DNA of 64,000 bases. Source: Lama glama. Lineage: Eukaryota. Position numbers and translations under genes: made by a program. The stretch lies in contig CM052816.1 in the NCBI GenBank assembly GCA_028534125.1, forward strand, positions 12,402,001 through 12,466,000. Reading direction: 5' to 3'. This document shows, piece after piece, positions 38,650 through 53,380 of this stretch. The notes beneath the pieces are model-generated. The model ran no database searches. It was given only the letters and a program-made list of their open reading frames with translations, and was not told the DNA's origin. Numbering within the stretch: position 1 is the first letter of the stretch; every line of letters begins with the position of its first letter.

Positions 38650-40649
38650 CCTTAAATGCACATAACTCACAAAAATCAGAGAAGAGCTGTTCCTGCAAGT
38701 GTTTCTGTGTGTCTCTCTCCTTCAAGATAAAACACTGACCACTGGCTGCAGTTGACAAAAACTGCTAGTGATCAGTGTGAATTTGATGCACATTTAATTT
38801 CCCAGGCATTCATTTTCTTTTTTCTTTCTTTTAGTAAGATGCCACCAGTGACTATGTAAATGAAAATGAGTTTGGTTTTTATCTAGAAATCTGAAATGTT
38901 TGAATTTTGCATCAGGAAACCAGCTCTTCTCAACATTCTCAAAGACTGACACCCACCGTGAAGAAAAATTATTCAAAGTGCTGAATTCAAAGCTGTTAAA
39001 CTTTGTAACCAAAGAACTTTATCCTTGCACTTGGATAGCGTTACCATGGACATGACTAGCCACTGACCCAACACCAAGCTAAAAATTGCACATGTACACA
39101 CATACACACACACGTGCACACACAGACAGATGCAATTATAAAGCAACTCTTCTCCACTACTTAGTTGTGCATCAGTCCTCTTCCATTTGTGATGGATGGA
39201 GCCAACATCAGCAGGGGGAGAGTCTGAAGTTATGCTGATTTTTATTGTGCAAATGCAGGTAAATTAGCTAAAGGTCAATTCTAAGAATAAACTGACAAGA
39301 TGGAAGAGGTCGCTGGAGAGAGGAGACTTACTAAATCCTCGAGTTGGCATGTAAGTGCTTTTAGAAAGCTGATTAACAGGAACATCACTGCCTTCTTCCC
39401 CCAGGACAAACTCCTTGATAGTCACTGGACAGGGACACATTTTTCTTTAGACTTTTCAAAGTAGATTTCCTAAATAAAGCAAGGATGACAGTCTAGGAAC
39501 TCAAAATTCTTTATCCAGTAAACAACACAATTTGTTCACAAACAAGAGGAACATTTTTTAAAGATTAGGAAGCTGGGGAAGTAAAGGAATCCCACTTGGG
39601 AAGTAAAGGAGGGAAGGCAAATTGAATCAAATTTAAAGTTATTGTTATTTTTTTAAATTCTTGGCCAAGTAATCTTAATTAGTGTCTCAAGCTCATTAGT
39701 TTCATTAACCATTATTTCCTTTCCTTTGTAGTAGTCTTTACTTAAATGCTAACTCATGATCATGACAAGCATGAATTTAAGTCATCCATTCTCTATTTCT
39801 GGTAGCACGTGGGAGTTTGGTACCTCTCTAGTTACTCTTGTACATGCAGGGACCAAGTGGATCACTGAAAAACCTCCAAATTTTTTTCTTTCTGAATAAT
39901 CATAGTACAGCCATCTCTCCTGGTCAGAGTGCCTGGAAAATTAGAGAACTTCATGTCATTACTTAGGGACTATGACAGCTATTTTGTATCCACTCCTTCT
40001 TTTTTTTTCTTTTCTTTTTAAATTTATTCTCCCTCATTGGTTTCGCTTGAAGTTTTTAATTAATGTTGGGGTTCAGGGTCTTCAACTATCTGAGAGCCTC
40101 CTAGTCCTGTTTGAGTCAAACTGGACAAATTGAGCAGCTCCATGAGTTAGGATTTTATTTGTGAAATACAGCTGAAATCATGAATCATTCCATATTCATT
40201 TGGGTAGTTTGTGCATGCAGTTATTGGAACCCCCTTTGGGGCCACACACATCATTAAATTATGGATCATCCTCAAGTTCCTCTGACCCGAACCGCGTAAG
40301 GGCCTAGAAATGAACAACTCCTTGTTGGGCATCATTAGGGCACATCTCACTCAGACATGTGCTCCCATCTACCCAGCCACAAAACTATACTGATGCAGGT
40401 TTTCAGCATGGGAAAAAAAAAAAAAAGGCATAAACATACACAACATGGAGAAGACGTTATGATTGACAGGCAGGTGAAAGGACAAAGAAATTATGGAAAT
40501 CTACTCTGCCCTTGTCCTGGGTGTTCCTTTTTGGGGTCTTTTCTCTTAAGATAATGAATTATGCATGCTTTGACTTATCTGCAGTGGAAAGAGAGAGGAA
40601 GTACCACAAGGAAGTGAGAGATATGTTGACCTCCGCATTGTCTCTGAGC

Positions 40650-40823
40650 AGTTTCTCAAAGAAAGGTCCACAAGCCATCTCATTAAAATCATTAAGGATA
40701 ATGATGCACAATGAAGATTCCTTGGCCCTGTTTGAAGTTTCTGAATCAGACTCTCCGGGGCTAGGGTGAAGGAAGCTGCATTTTTACAAATGATTTTATG
40801 CATGCTGAGTATTGGAAACACTG
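40650..40823. mobile_element. MER5-like hAT-Charlie element
   Basis: cagtttctcaaa...ctgaatcagactctccgggg...ctgcatttttac...gaaacactg. Confidence 0.6.
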
Positions 40824-41954
40824 CCCAAAAGTTTGCAGAGGAGGTCACAGGAGAGAGAGTCTCTATTCTAAAGTATATGTGAAGATGAGAAAAACAGACA
40901 TTTCAAATGAACAAGCTTTGTGCTTGCATCATGGTGCTGTGATTATTAAAGTTTAACACTCTCTTTTTTCAGCAGGGGTGGAAAGCAATAACCATTTCAT
41001 CTAAAATCAGAATGATGAAGACAATATAAATCAAAACCATTCTAGCAGGTTTCATTTGGTCTAATTTCTCTACAGATATTAATCATTGTACAGACTCGTA
41101 CAAATGACATCTAACTCCATTTTAACTCAGAATACAGAATGCTCACTCTGATTCTTTCTCTAGCATGTTATTTTGACAGTATTAAAGAAAATAAATAAAT
41201 TGGAATAGTGGGCCATCAAGATTGCAAGATGCCAACAATACAAAGACATTAAAAGAGAAACAGCCCACGCTAAACCTATAACCCAGAATGCAAATTGGCA
41301 AAAAACATCTCTCTGCCAGAGTCATTGGGGGAAAAATGACTCTCTGCACTTTCCCTCTGAAAACTGTTAGGTCGAGTGGAGGTGACAAAGAATTCTTCCT
41401 AAAAGTTCAGAGTCTTAACTCTAGTAAAGAACATCTAGAAGACCAAGGTTAGTCAAGTTCCACGGCATTACATCTAGTAGCAAAAAACATCAGCACTGAA
41501 GTGCTCTTAGTTAATCCACTATGATAAATACCAAGTTGCAAGGTTGGAATTGTAACCAAGAAAAATAGATGAGAATCAAAGTTTGGTTCCCATTCCGGGA
41601 CCTGGTGTCAAGTAATTTTGCAAAACACCAAATACGCCTTTTCTTTTTTCTCCCTGGAGCATGTTTCGCTTGGCACAGACAAAGGATAGTCAGAAAGGAA
41701 TCAAAAGCCCAGAGAAGCAAAAGTAATCCAGAAACACACGCAAAGACAACAAAGATGACCCAGAATGAACAATACACATCCACACCTATGGATAAAGGTG
41801 GCCCTGAATCAAATAAGGCCAGTGGAAAAGTGAAAACTTCCATGTTAGCTCTTTTAATAAATGTGCCCCCAACAAACGAATTAGTTGGGGACAGACAAAG
41901 CTATGGAAGAATAAATAGCAAAGGGAACACTTATGATTTGTGCACTGTTCCCCT

Positions 41955-41960
41955 TTTATT
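41955..41960 (-). terminator. KCTD16: Proximal polyadenylation signal (AATAAA), ~3.25 kb 3'UTR form
   Basis: Minus strand: upstream TGTA, AATAAA, CA ~20-25 nt downstream, then GU/U-rich gtgttccctttgctattt. Confidence 0.5.
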
Positions 41961-44900
41961 ATAATTCACCATGCATGCATTTCCAGAAGATAACTGTGCC
42001 TACAATTACCAAAGACAACATCACTGCGTATTGTGGAAGCCGCCTCACTTTGTGTTTTATGGCCATTCCTCAGTGCCGTATTTTTCTTAGTGGGGGCAGG
42101 GAGAGCACACTACCACAGTGATCCCACAGTTTTATTTTCCTGTCTTCCCCCTTTCCTGCTGAACACAGGTCACTCTCTTTTTGACAGTGGGTAGGAGGAC
42201 ATTATAAATACGGTTCTGACTTCAGAAGACCCACATATCATAGTGAATGACCACCGCCTCCCCACACTCAAACCTCAGGGGGTTTCAGCATTGCAGAATT
42301 TTCCAGGAGGCAACTTAAGTTGGGGCTCTGCACATATGAGTCCTCATCCATTTGACCCATTTGATGCTACTAGTTTCTTCCTATCAGCCCTTGTCATAAC
42401 GAATATCCAAGAAGCAAACCATATGTATCATTCTGCCTGGAACTGAACTACACGTTTTTAAAACTATGTTAAGTTCAGGACAATGGGCCTGATTCATGGT
42501 GACTACCAGGGCTACTACAGTATTTAACCTTCTAACTCACCCAGAACTTACTGCCAGTGTTGCAGGCCACGTAGCCCTCACTCGAATCCCATTCAAGCTA
42601 GGACTGAAGGTGTCCAGTGACTCGGTGCCCCTGCAGAATCTTTCACCGGCCAGGTCTACCATCACCTCTGCACCAAACACCCACACACAAGAAGAGCATG
42701 CTGTTGCTTCAGCTATTTGGACACTTTGGAGTGGGTATCAGCCTAGACCTGACCCAGATTAAAAATTTTATTGTTGTTTTAAACAGACTTCCCACTAGTT
42801 TTGTTCATTGAGGGTATAAAGACTGCCTACCCAGGAAAAAAGTCATGACGGGGCAAAGGACAGAGAAGTGATGCCATGAACATTTTCTTTGCAGTCTTCA
42901 ATTTCCTATTTAAAGTATGCGGTAAGAGTAGTGGGTTGACTGCCATCTTACTAGTTCCCTAATTCTTACTAGTGTGTCTTGATCTGATACCATTACAATC
43001 AGGTTTGAAATTTAAGGAAGCTGGGACTCTGCCCTTCTTATTCGGACCCCCAACTCTTTGACAGCACTTCCAGGAGGACCGTAAGAATCATCTGACCAAA
43101 GTGAGTTCAGGGATATTTTCACCAAATTTAACTTCTTGACCCATGAAGTTCTATGATCCTTTGCAAAATCTTCTATTATTAGGACGGTGGTATTCTGATA
43201 TGGCATAAAGAAACATTGAAAAGACTGAAGATTACTGGTAGGCTTTACAAAGCTATGTTGCAGTTAAGATCAAACGTCAACTAATATATTAACACATAAA
43301 AGGATACCACTTAAATTCATAATTATAATTCTCTTGACAACTCAACTCCCCAAATGATCTTTCTTTCTTACTTAAGTAAAACTGTAAACTCCATTCAAAT
43401 CATCAGGACAAGAAACCACTGGCCAAGTCTGTTGCCCGGGTGTGAAGGCAAGAATTACAAAAAATTCAGAAAGATATCCATATACTAATGGGTATAATAA
43501 CAGAAATTAAGATGGATCTCTTACATGATAAACGTGTATCAATCAAAGATTTCAAAAAGAAGCCACTGGTCGTTATTTTTCCTTCCTACAGACACCATCC
43601 AGTTGCCTTTATTACCTGTGACACATATATACATACACACATAATAAAAAGAAAGAAATTAGGAGTGCTTGGCACACAATTAATGATGGACAAATTATTT
43701 TTCAGTTTCCACTTAACTGCATGAGGAATGCTGAAGGTAAAACTTGGCCTCTAATCTTCATTTACCACAAGTCTATGAAAGAACTATTGGTAGGTGAATA
43801 GAATACAGAGTCACATGGATGGATGGCTATTCACAGTTTCTTTTTGGCTGTGTCTATACAAGTCAAGGGTGTAATCAAGAAAGACGGTTTAGAAAGCCGG
43901 AATCATCATTTCGGGGCTCCAGTTATCCAGATGGATTGTTCACAGACATCAGTGACGGCCAAGTCCTAGTATGGACACAGCCAAATCCCAGATCCCAAAG
44001 GCAAACAGATCTGGCTACAAGAAAGTAACAATGTAGCACTGTAGTTTTAAAAGGTTATGAGAAATGATTAGGAGGGATGTGAAAAACACTTTCCTCTGAG
44101 CACAAAAAGTGGGAGCCTTAAAGGACTCTGTGCTGTTCTTATTCCCACGGCTACACAGGAGTGCAGAGAACTCAACGTGGGCTATGTGGGAAGGCCACAC
44201 CGTTACAACACGGGCAGTAAGAGCTCTGAAAATACTGAGAGAAGGAAAGTAATTCAGCCCAGGGTAGGGCAGGCTGAGTGTGGGGTCGTTTTGCAGTCAT
44301 TTTTGTGGATATGGGTGTTTGGGTTCCTTTAATACAAAGAAAGTTTGACTAGCTCTCCTAGCACAGAGAAAGAGCATCGTGGTAAAGTGGAGCCTGAGGG
44401 TGATAATTTCGAAATAAGGAAGGTGATTTGTTGATGATGAGGGTTATTGGATGTTCGGAAGCCTTGCCAAGAGAGGCTGGGAAACCTTCCCAGGAGGGCT
44501 TTAAGAAAAGAGCAGAGGCTCGTGTGTCGGAAGGACCCTAAGAGGGTGCTGCTGGGAGTGTGAGCACAGCCCTTAGGACGTCCAGGCCCTGGGATCTCGT
44601 GCGCCGTATGTATATACACACTTCGTTGTGCTTGTGTTGCACAAACACTCATGCAGACGGGGTCATTATAAACTGGCACATAATCGATGTGAGTGAAAAG
44701 TCATATAAATCTGCCATTCCCCCCACCCCTTCCCCCATAAACAAAAGGGAAAAGGAAAATTTAAAAATCCAAACATATGCCATTGGGCCGGGTCTCTACC
44801 ATATTCTCATTCAAAGGAGGGAGATAGAAGATGAGAGAAAAACCCAGTCTGGGAGGAAGGATTCCCACGTCTTCTCAGCTATTCTTACATAGCTGGCTCT

Positions 44901-45199
44901 CCTTAGAGATAAGATACTCAGGACATGGGACCAAGTTAACAAACAAACAAAGAAATAACTCCCCCCCCACCAAAAAAAAAAAGATTTTTTTACACTTGCA
45001 CATCTGGAGAGAAATCTACCCTGTGGCTTTACGTGTTAAGGTGAACTAGGTAAGTAGGCAGTAGTAATAGGTCAATGAGCTATTGTGTTCTAATAAACGT
45101 GGATTGTTGTTTTTCTTTTCAAATGTGGATTCTGTTTAGGAGGTTTATTTCAAAATGGTGACACGGTTTGTTTCTCCTCCCCCCCCCCCCAGCCTGCCC

Positions 45200-45796
<597 letters not shown>

Positions 45797-45889
45797 CTAC
45801 CCAGCAGCCAAATCCATTGAGGGGAGGAAGTTAATGATGAGATGCTGCTAAGAGGAAATGCAGGCTAATGCTTCCACCCATAGGCAACA

Positions 45890-46410
45890 GAGTCAGATAG
45901 TTACTCAGCTACACCCTTCATGAGCCTTACTACCTTGGCAGGCCCCTTAAATTCTCGAGGCTTCTGTTTCCTCATCTGTGAGATGAGAATAATAACACCC
46001 CTACTGCCTAGAGTTGTAGGGCGGATTTAGATATGCCAAGTGAAACTCTACATGCAGTCTGAGGTACACGGGAAGCACTCAATGCTAGCTGATTTTACTG
46101 AGGCCGATTAAACTCTAATCTAATGCCCTGCATCACTGCAGGCAGGTACAACAGGGGGAGTCCATGAGAGTGCAATGACAGCTACTAGTCAGGGAGGCTT
46201 ACTCTGCACCAGCCCCATGTAGCTCTGTGCACTCATCAACTCGCCAGACCCTCATGATAATTCTAAGAAAGTAACTCCACTCCCAGTTTCCACACAAAGA
46301 AACTAAGGCCCTGGAAATGTAAGAAACTTGCACAATTTGTAATGGCACAATTTGTAAATGGCAGAGCTCGGATTTGAATACAGATCTCCCAAATACTATA
46401 ATCAAGGCTG
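45890..46410. mobile_element. Two MIRs (plus ~45890-46090, minus ~46240-46410)
   Basis: tgtttcctcatctgtgagatgagaataat; gtaaatggcagagctcggatttgaa. Confidence 0.6.
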
Positions 46411-49139
46411 TTTATGAAATTCCTGCTTCTCTTTCAAAACAATTTTGTAACTTCTCTCTAAAGTCCTTGTTCATCTCTCCTCAGAAATATTTGTCAAGTT
46501 TAACTCTGAATTATGGTTTTATTTTGTAAGTGCCTTTATTATTGTACATATCATGTTTGTTGTAATTCTTTTCTACCTTCGGCATCTCAGCTACTATGCC
46601 ATAAGCTCCCTGAGGTAGACACAGTAAAGTGTCCATTATTGTAATTGCAGAAAATAGCTTGGGTCACAGTGTAGAAATTCAATGAAAGACTATTCCAGTA
46701 AAAATGTAAATACCTGGATCCAGCCATATCTGAAGGCAGATCTGTCACTGAGCTTTTCACTTATATGAGCCCCTACATTTATATCTAAGCCAGTGTGAAT
46801 TCCTCTATCCCTGTCTGCCTGCGGCTTGATTCATAGTGCTGCATTCAGCTATTTAGAGGGAGAGCCATTTTTCAGATACACAGTTGGTGGCTCCCTGAAC
46901 TAAAAAACCCCCAATCATGGCACAAAGCAATTTCCTAAATGTAAGTCACTGCTCCCAGCCCTCCACCCTCTGAACAACCATAGTCTTCTTGGAGTTACGA
47001 ACTTAATACTGTTTGATGATCACAGGTGATACACTGGGTACCTCATATAGTACACTGCATTTAAGCCATAAAAAATAAAGGGAAATCAATCTACTTTATG
47101 ATGCTAATATTGAGGACATGGATAATATAGTATGTTTATATGTTTTAAAGGAGACCCAGTTTTGATTTGCACTATATCTTATTCCCATGAATGTAAGTCA
47201 CATTAAAAAGATCCCATTTTACTGTCATTTCTAATGTGGTCAAAGTAGAGGAGCCCTAGAATGGAAACTATTAGGAGAGTTATATCCTGTCTTCTTGTAC
47301 AATGCCTGTCCTCTTTGTATCTAAATGATGTAAATATTTATAGCAATTTCTACATTTTTTCCAGCGAGAGTGAAAAAAACACAGTCCCTGTAAATTACAA
47401 TGCCAAAAGTATCTCAATATATGTCTGCTCCTTCAAACCACTTTTTAAAATGTGGAATCATTGTATTTATATACCCATTAAGTGAAATGCAACAATCCAA
47501 TTAGCCAAAAGGAATCACCCCAGCAGTAATGTCCTAGTTATCTCAGGCTATTACAAATAAATCTCTTCCGTGCAACAGAAAAACTGTTCAACATGTACCA
47601 GCTGGTGACTGAAAATATCAGTGATAGGAAACGTTTTCTGTCTGCCAGCCTAGATTCTGAGGTGAACTTTTTTTCTCCTTCAGAAGGCAGAATCTGCCTC
47701 TGCCTCTGCAAACCTGGCCATCCCCATACTAATATGACTCAATGGGGAAAAGTCTCTAAGGAATTGGGTCAAGGAAAAGTAATCACATCAAGTCAGAGCT
47801 GATCTAGTTTGCCCTTTCTTGAGAAAAGTTCAGAAACTGAACTCAGCTTCTAAAAAAAGAAAGAGGAGCAGGAGAAAGAAAAGAGAGGAACTATGTGCTG
47901 GAATACGCCTGCCTATTACCTTTACAGAAGATGACAAAATACTTTGGCCATTAACCCAGCTGAACCAGAAGAAATACAAGCCTGTGTTTCCCTGCCCAAG
48001 AGTTATCTTCCTCATGGTAAAGTCATTCCATTCAGTGGACCTGGAGTGAAACCCGAGGCTTTTCTAAAAGGCATTTTCACAACACAAACACCATCATGGG
48101 AGGGAGTTCTGTGTATTCCGGTGGAAAACTACACGCAGCCCTCCACTACCTGCCCCAGCCAAGAACCTGGCACGGATGCGCTGCTTCCTGCCTGAACGGC
48201 TGGGATGAGCAGGGGTTTAAATGTCAGCTGGCATCTTCCAGCTTCCGGGAAAAACAGAAGTATTACTTTCTCATTACTTTCTACTTATTCTAAGCACTTT
48301 CACTATTAAAGGGAAATGGAACAACTTAATTTTAGGGGAGCCTGTTAGACTACCACATGTTTCAATATTTTATGAGTACATTTGAATGTTTTTACTCTTT
48401 TGGAAAGATAATTTGTAAGATGGCTTCTGAAGTCTATATATTAGGTTGAAATCAAGGAAGACAATGGGATTAATACAGTCCAGCGGGAGCTGCTGTGGGA
48501 AGAGTCATTATGAAATTTGAAAAATAACCAAAATGTAAGACGAGAATCTTGCTGTTTCTTCTTTGGAAGCATTGTCTGATGCTATCCATCCCAAGAATTT
48601 AACCACAGAAGACCGAAGTTTTAAACCAGAACACAGAAGACCCTTTTGCCCTTGCAGTCCCACTGACATGTGCTCACCAGTCCTAGAAAGGGCACAAAGA
48701 TCTATGAAAGGTCAATTATGTAACTCAGGGTACGCTAGAATCCCCTCCATCACAGCAAACCATGATCTCCTAAATACCTTGGTACTTCAGATTGCAACAT
48801 ACTTTTGCTCTCCATTTCCTGAGGTTTCAATACTGGCTCTCCATTTGTGGAGAAAACAGGTTACAATTGATTAGTCAGATACAGAGAGAAAACCATTTCA
48901 TTCTAAGAGAAGTCTGTTTCATTGATAATAAAAAAGGAAAACACCTGCTGCCTTTTGAGGGGATGTATTAACTAGTTGCTGGTCAAAGAGGCTAATAGCT
49001 TGTCCTTATTTTTAAGCAAACCATTGTTGAATTTGTTGGACATCAATTTTTGCTGTCTGGCACACAACAGAGGTTTGATAAATGTCTGATGATTAAATGA
49101 GTGAGGCAAACACATGTGTTGAGTTATGTGAAGTTGATA

Positions 49140-49340
49140 GCAGAGCAGACAAATTTCAGGCTCCAGAATCAGGCCCCACAATATGTCAGCTTGGATAAGT
49201 TACTTTACCTCCCTGAGCCACAGCTTCCTTGTCTGAAAAATAAGGCTCATAACAGTATCTTCCTCATAAGGGGTTTAGGAAAATTAAATGAAAAAGTTAA
49301 GGCAAAGGTGTTTCATGGTTTGTGGCATCCAATAAGCGTT
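49140..49340 (+). mobile_element. MIR SINE
   Basis: ttggataagttactttacctccctgagccacagcttccttgtctgaaaaat. Confidence 0.65.
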
Positions 49341-50475
49341 TCAGTCACCATATACATTTATTCTACTAGGAGTCACACACTGACCTACGGGAACAAAACC
49401 AGTCAGGAGCTTGTTAGATATGATGGTGATGCTTCCACTAAAATGCTGTACAACGGATGCTGGGGTCTGGCTGGAATATCATGTTAGGAAGAGCACTGAT
49501 GCAATAACTGGATTCATTAGGGAAGTATCTACCGAGCACTTTGTAAGGTCTGACTTTGTCTTGGGAATGGAGAGTAACCGCTAGCACATACAGTGTCTGG
49601 TAGATAGTGTGGGACCAGGGCATCACTTTGGATAGAAGGCTCCTTTACAGTTTGCAGTGCTTAGGATTTCACAAACGGATGAGTCTTCCAGGGTAAAATT
49701 TTACTTGAAGACACATCGAATAAATTTAAACCCAGAGCCTGGAGGAATCTGTCTTCTGGATTAAACGGGGAAGGGCAGGAAACTCAACAGACTCAAGTCC
49801 TTAAACACTAAATCTTCCAACATTTTACAACTTGGAAAAAATTGAGGACCAATCAAGAAAATTATATGATTGGACTTGGCCCCTTTCCACTGTAGCCCTA
49901 AGTTCTTACTGACATAGAAGGAATAAAAGAGGAAAGACTACAGAATCTTTCTCCCCTATGAAAAATTCAAACCGAGCTGAGTGAAACATGACTTAGCAAA
50001 CTCACAAAGTGCTTATGCATTTTTAAAAGAGGCAGCTCTGCAATCTACCCACACTTCAAATCCTCCACCTGCTAATGGTTGCAAACACAATGCACATCAT
50101 TTACAGCAACAGCTGGGAAAACTGCTTTCCCCTGTCTTCTCTGTCAATGATGTAGGAGCCTGCCAGTCTGGGAGCTAGGTGGCCAGATTTAATTTATCGA
50201 GGCTGCTGAAACACTTTCTTGGTATCCCAGCTGAAAAGTCAATAATGCCCAAATTGATATTTTTATAATTCTGCCAGCCTTGGAAAAGATATTGCATAGA
50301 GGAGATTGGAAACAGGCAGACTGTGCAAAATGCATCTTCCAGCTTGACCATCACATCATTTCTTGCTTGCGACTTAGCTTTTCCACTCATGGACATTTGG
50401 CCTTGGATGGGCCCAGCTGGGGACCCTCATTAAGAGGTGGCAAGTTTGGGCAACTGTAAACAGTGAAACTACCTA

Positions 50476-51012
50476 TGCATCAGTCAGGGCCAGTTAGGAA
50501 AACAGACATTCCACCTGTTATCTTAACATGGAGAATTTAATACCAGGAATGTTTAAGCAGACGTTGGAGGAGTGAAAATGCAAAAAAAGTGGCATGGAGG
50601 AGTCCAAGATAGTGATTGCAAGAGGCAGCTACCTCCCTTAGGGCTGGGGAGACGATGGGGTTAGTAGAACCTGAAGCTAGCCAGAGTCATCCTGTGGAGG
50701 TGGGACCTAGGTGTCTGAGAAGGGCACCCTGCCTGCTGGTCCTGGTCTCGCTGAAGTGGCCTGGTCTGGGGATTACAGAAAAAGAAACAAAATTGGGAAC
50801 TGGGACCAATTGCTTCTGGATTGATGCTGATGAGCAGGAAACAAAGGAGTCCTTCTCTCCCTGTATTATAGTCTTCCTCTAGCGCCCACTATGGACAGAA
50901 CCTAAAAGGAAGCCAGTTGGGTCAATTAAAAGGGTGGTGAGCTGAATCCTAGCCCCAGCATCACATTGCACAGTAGAGGGTGTGGGTTTGGAGCTGAGAG
51001 ACAACAGCTTAG
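50476..51012. mobile_element. Ancient solo LTR (family uncertain, LTR78/79-like)
   Basis: Start tgcatcagtcagggcc...ggaaaacag...gagaatttaatac; end gggtttggagctgagagacaaca. Confidence 0.5.
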
Positions 51013-51159
51013 TAAGAGCACACTGACCCCGCCAGGGATGCAACAGAAAAGAAAGACACAGCTCTTGACTTGCTGGACCATGTGAATTAACAGAGGAGTT
51101 AGGGAAGGGAAGGAAAAGAACCACCGCCTCAGTTCAGTTGCTGCTCTACTGCCCTTTCT

Positions 51160-51500
51160 TATTCCTTACTAAGGGTTCTGCACTGGCTCTTCCCTCTGCC
51201 AGCAGCACTTATTCTTCTGATTTTCACCTCTTCAGCTCTTTTTTGTCTTCAAGAGCTCGGCTTACACATTCCTTTCTCAAAGTTCTTCATATGTCTCTCC
51301 CCCAACACAGTTTAAGCCAGTCCCAACCTCCAGCCTGTTTCCATCACACAACCACACTGCATAACTATGGATGTGTTTCTAGGCTGGTCTAATGTCTGTT
51401 TTCCTGTGTTAAGGCTTATGTCTATTCCCTTGTGAATTCTAACGCACACTCTGGGGCACACGGTAGATGTTCGGGAAATACCTGCGTGAAAATGAATGGA
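51160..51500 (+). mobile_element. L2 3' fragment
   Basis: ttccctctgcc...ggcacacggtagatgttcgggaaatac...aatgaatg. Confidence 0.5.
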
Positions 51501-52344
51501 AGAGGAAATGGATGATGCATACGGAAAGTCATTTTTGGCTTAGAGTGTATGTGAGAGGCAGTAAACCTTCTGCCAAAAAAAAAAAAAACAGATATGCAGA
51601 GGTTATTAGAATGGAAAATATTTAAGCATATCACTAGACATTTAATGTACATGTGACAAAAACATAAAACATACTCACCAACAGAAATGATGGCAAAATC
51701 CATCCAGAACTGAATAATTGGATATATATTTATTAGCTAATTATCGCTCATAATTATCTATTAATGTCCCCAAATCCCTAAAGGCATTATACAATTTAAG
51801 TAAAAATTAACTTTCCTAACCACTCAACTATGGTCTCTAGGCATGTAATTTTCCACTTTGTTGAATTTCAGACACCCTCCTAGCTCAGAGAAACCTTTAA
51901 GGTTTCTCTCTAAATAAAGCAGTGCAATGCTGTGTGTATGGCAAGAAATCCTGAATTTTAACTTCCTGTTCTACCGCCTCGCTCTTTCAAGTGTTCCTTA
52001 ATGACACACTTATTTCATTTTCCAGGTCCTTTGTGTCCTTTTCTTGCTTTCTTCCTCCTTATTGTATTTCCTCCTCTTAGCCTCAGCATTTTTCAGCTAA
52101 GACCATATTTAATTACTCCTGTCCCCCAAAGCCCTTCTCAGCCATTTCATAGGGAGTGCTGGGGCCCATCCTCATCCCTTTTCCCACTTAGTCCCCTTCA
52201 TCCTGGCCACTTCCTTTCACAATTTTCTTCTTCAGTTTTCACAAGCTTGAACAAGTCCCCTAAATAATAAGTTCCCCTACAACTCCTCTCAATCAATATC
52301 TCACGGTCTTTTCTCTCTTAGAATGAAATGTATATGAAATTATT

Positions 52345-52830
52345 ATAAGGTTTGTTTGTCCCCCCTTTCCAGTAAAAACACCCTTCTTTTCCTTCAGGGA
52401 GCTTCCCTTTCCCTATTCCATGGTGTCCTGAAGGGGCTGTCAACCATGGTGCTGTGCCTAGCCACAAGAGGAGGACATGTGGCCCACGTGTGGACTTCCT
52501 ATCTCCCAAGCACAGTGGGTGATTCAGGCATGGTCATGTGACCCAGGCTGGGAGAACTGGAGTCCTTGCTGGGGCTGTTTTGCTGAAACTGATGGGTAGT
52601 ATCTGTTCTATGATGCGGAACACACCAAGCTAGGAGAATGTGAGTTCACTGGCCATCTTCCTTATTGGTTGGAGAGGACAGCCATGCACGAAGAAGAAGA
52701 ACAGTCAAGAGACCAAGCCCTCCATCTAGCAGTATCACAAGTTGGTCCCATTTCTAGGCTTATAATTTTATAAGCCAAGAAATTCTCTTTTTGCCTAATC
52801 TAGGGAAATTTCATGTTGTGTTACTTACAG
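52345..52830 (+). mobile_element. MLT1-type (ERVL-MaLR) LTR remnant
   Basis: gtgattcaggcatggtcatgtgacccaggctgg; taagccaagaaattctctttttgcctaa. Confidence 0.55.
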
Positions 52831-53159
52831 TAAGTCTTGAATACGACATCAAATTCATAGAAACACTTAATGTCTGTCTAGCTTATCTTCCATGCTCTCA
52901 GCACGTGTGCAGTTCCAGCACTGACACTGGCCTGTGCTTTAGGGCACAAGTACAATCACTTTTCTGAGCCACTTTGCAGGTAACTTGTTTCTTCTCTGGA
53001 ATCATAGCCTCTTTGCTACACTAGTCCCAACAAATTTGATTAACACTCTCAAAAGACACACAAAGGTAATGATACTACCACCTGCTGTACCCAGCTACTC
53101 CAACAGTGAACAAGATAATAGCTGTACCTCAAAAACCAGAAACTTAGCATCAAAACAAT

Positions 53160-53380
53160 AGCTCTCATTTGTTGAGGACCCTAAGTGCCTAGCGTTGTGC
53201 TTAGGAGTTTAGATAATTTAACCTTCGCAATAACTCTGTTAAGTGGATGGTATTCTCTTTACTTTTTATGGGCAAGGAGACAGTAGCTTAAAATGGCTAA
53301 CTATCTGACCCAAAGTTACTGAGTTTACAAGTGGAAGACTGAGAATTCAAACTCAGATTTCTTTTAATACCAACTCTCTG
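53160..53380 (-). mobile_element. MIR SINE
   Basis: catttgttgagg...gacccaaagttac...gaattcaaactcag. Confidence 0.6.

Larger units (their letters stand above)
33690..45199 (-). other. KCTD16: KCTD16 3'UTR (long form, ~11.5 kb)
   Basis: Follows the stop codon, is relatively repeat-poor and ends at an AATAAA with downstream element. A very long human KCTD16 UTR is recalled from memory, not checked. Confidence 0.6.

Noticed and set aside
45890..46410. Inverted MIR pair as dsRNA/editing substrate near the acceptor
   Set aside because: Copies are too diverged for extended pairing as far as I can see by eye.
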